From NCBI GenBank assembly GCA_959600635.1, contig CAUGMN010000005.1, positions 1-59,301 of the forward strand: 59,301 bases of DNA, read 5' to 3'. The position numbers and the translations under genes are program-made. Shown here one piece after another: positions 57,601 through 59,301 of this stretch (position 1 is the stretch's first letter; each line of letters starts with the position of its first letter). The notes beneath the pieces are model-generated. The model ran no database searches and was not told the DNA's origin. It saw nothing but the letters and a program-made list of their open reading frames with translations. The stretch comes from an uncultured Eubacteriales bacterium (GTDB lineage Bacteria > Bacillota > Clostridia > Oscillospirales > QAMX01).

Positions 57601-57931
57601 TCACAGGCGGATGCTCAAACTCCGGCGCGCTCTCCGTGGGGTCAAAAACGTTCGGTTCTTCCGGCGGCTCCGTCGCGACGGTGGTTGCTCCCGACTGATA
57701 ACCAGTTGAGACGGCAAATGTGACGGAAAGGCCGCCGGACGTGGATCAAGCGATCTCTGCGGGTGCGACGTACCGCCGGGAGTGACAGCCGGCATACGCG
57801 GGAAAGAGCACGCTTATGCAGAGCAGCAGCGCCAAGCTGCTCCGGAAAAGCGATTTATAGCTTTTTTCTCCTGTCGGCCCTGTCAGCAAAAGCGTTGTGA
57901 ATGCGTGCGGACGGCCATACAGCACGCCCAT
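57601..57931 (-). pseudogene. internally deleted, degenerate third copy of the LRR-lipoprotein gene
   Basis: Signal peptide with lipobox (LLLCISVLFPAYAGC). In-frame TGA at 57737-57739. Then an N-terminal homology segment (STGYQSGATTVATEPPEEPNVFDPTESAPEF) is fused directly to the C-terminal end (EHPPV). Confidence 0.55.
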
Positions 57932-57941
57932 ATCTATATAA

Positions 57942-58055
57942 TGTCGAAAAACGTCGTATATACGGTATCGGCTAAAAGTTTTGTTTTTTCATAGGTTTCC
58001 GCCGCGCCCATACCGCCGAAAACAGACAGATTACGCGCGGCGGCCGCATTATAAT
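57942..58055 (+). promoter_or_regulatory. spoIIGA-sigE promoter region candidate with Spo0A-box heptamers
   Basis: TATAAT at 58050-58055, ~30 nt upstream of the GTG start. Near-consensus 0A box CGCCGAA at 58013-58019. Perfect TGTCGAA at 57942-57948. Confidence 0.4.
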
Positions 58056-58085
58056 GATATCGGTTCGGAAAACGGAGGGGTGCCG

Positions 58086-58940
58086 GTGGTTCTTTATCTC
58101 GACGTATTGATGGCGGTCAACCTGATGGCGGATTACGCGCTCCTGCGCGCTGCGGCAAAAATCACCGGACATATCCGCAACCGCCTCCGCATCTTCATCG
58201 CCGCGGCGCTCGGCGCGGCATACGCGGCGCTTGTCTGTATGCCGGCGCTGGAATGGCTCGGCCATTTTCTGATTCGGCTGCTGGTCGGCATTGCGATGAG
58301 CGCGATCGTATTCGGCCTGAACCGCGCCTGCGTGCGCAAAACGCTTGTGTTTTTTCTGCTTTCGTTTCTGCTCGGCGGCGCCGTATTGGCGCTGTCCTAT
58401 GCGGCGGGCGGCGCGGTCGGGCTTTACAACGGCGCTGTTTACATAAATACCTCGCTGCCGTCGCTGGCGCTGGTTGTCGCCGCGGTTTACGGCGTGGTCA
58501 CGCTTGTCTGCGCCGTCGGCGGCCGGCGGGCGCAGGCCATGCGGCGCGTACTGCCTGCGGTGGCGAAGCTCGGCGGGAGAGAGAGCGCGTTTTCCGTCTT
58601 GGCGGATACGGGCTGTTTGGTGCAGGATCCGCTGACCGCGCGGCCGGTCATGCTGGTTTCGCTGGCCGGCGCCGCCGCGCTGCTGCCCGAGGGAATGGCC
58701 AGCGCAATTGAGGAAGGGGCCGACGCCGCGGAGCTGATCGGCCGGTACGCCGGGCAGAGGCTGCCGCTCCGCCCCGTATTCTGCAAGGGGCTGGGCGGAC
58801 AGACGGAGATGCTCGTTTCTTTTCTGCCGGACAGCCTGACGGTGGACGGAAAACCGTGCGACGCGGTGATCGCGGTTACAAAGGACGGCCCGGACGGGGC
58901 GGAGGGCTTTTGCGCCGTTGTCAATTCGGACGCCGTATAG
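58086..58940 (+). CDS. spoIIGA: sigma-E processing peptidase SpoIIGA
   Basis: GTG start after GGAGGGG. VVLYLDVLMAVNLMADYALL is a polytopic N-terminal domain. C-terminal domain carries ADTG (LADTGCLVQDPLT). Located immediately upstream of sigE. Confidence 0.85.
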   Translation: MVLYLDVLMAVNLMADYALLRAAAKITGHIRNRLRIFIAAALGAAYAALVCMPALEWLGHFLIRLLVGIAMSAIVFGLNRACVRKTLVFFLLSFLLGGAVLALSYAAGGAVGLYNGAVYINTSLPSLALVVAAVYGVVTLVCAVGGRRAQAMRRVLPAVAKLGGRESAFSVLADTGCLVQDPLTARPVMLVSLAGAAALLPEGMASAIEEGADAAELIGRYAGQRLPLRPVFCKGLGGQTEMLVSFLPDSLTVDGKPCDAVIAVTKDGPDGAEGFCAVVNSDAV

Positions 58941-58975
58941 CGGATCGTCTGTAAAAACCGGAAGCGAGGGAGTAA

Positions 58976-59301
58976 TATGAGGAAACTGTTGGCGCGTATG
59001 AGGATTTTTTTCTATAAGCTCGGCGTCTGGCTCGGGCTGATCGTCCCCGATCCGGTCTGGTACATCGGCGGGAGCGAGACGCTGCCGCCGCCGCTCAGCA
59101 CAGAGGAGGAGGTCTATCTCTTAGAGCGGTTTTACAGCGACGGAAAGGCTGTGCGGCGCGTGCTGATCGAGCGCAACCTGCGCCTTGTCGTCTATATCGC
59201 GCGCAAATTTGAAAACACGGGCATCAACATCGAGGACTTGATCTCCATCGGCACCATCGGCCTGATTAAAGCGATCAACACCTTCCGCCCCGAAAAGAAC
59301 A
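58976..59301 (+). CDS. sigE: RNA polymerase sporulation sigma factor SigE (pro-sigma-E), 3'-truncated by the window end
   Basis: GAGGGAG RBS. Pro-sequence [18 protein letters not shown], then [13 protein letters not shown]...[17 protein letters not shown]...[13 protein letters not shown]. Confidence 0.9.

Overview
59.3 kb of high-G+C Firmicutes chromosome from an endospore former. It looks Clostridia/Oscillospirales-like, judged from gene content and synteny only. Most of the window is + strand housekeeping. This includes gdhA, tyrS with a Tyr T-box leader, recJ-relA-dtd, mtaD, folD, lgt and rplU-prp-rpmA-obg. It also includes the conserved sporulation/division block (SpoVB/YabM-like flippase)-mazG-hup-yabO-yabP-yabQ-divIC-yabR, and spoIIGA-sigE at the 3' edge (sigE truncated by the window end). 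Several accessory segments are embedded in this core. (1) 924-7075 is a cytoplasmic sugar-modification cluster: a xylose-isomerase-like TIM barrel, a sulfatase-fold enzyme lacking the Cys/Ser-x-P-x-R motif, two Gfo/Idh/MocA oxidoreductases and a URO-D-like protein. (2) A vWA/MIDAS surface protein carries an unusual IPHTG sorting signal. (3) A GNAT gene is split by a 112-bp element with terminal inverted repeats. (4) A three-gene cassette encodes a pyruvyl transferase, a flippase and an FrhB-like Fe-S protein. (5) The most unusual segment is a ~10 kb block on the opposite strand (48081-57931). It holds a tandem array of leucine-rich-repeat (LRR) lipoprotein paralogs: two intact copies plus one internally deleted remnant, with gene-conversion signatures. 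These sit upstream of a fully translationally coupled operon: Cys/His-rich membrane protein, FtsX permease, FtsX permease, lipoprotein, ABC ATPase. No CRISPR array, rRNA, transposase, integrase or recognizable defense gene was seen. All calls rest on reading the sequence and ORF translations; no database search was run.
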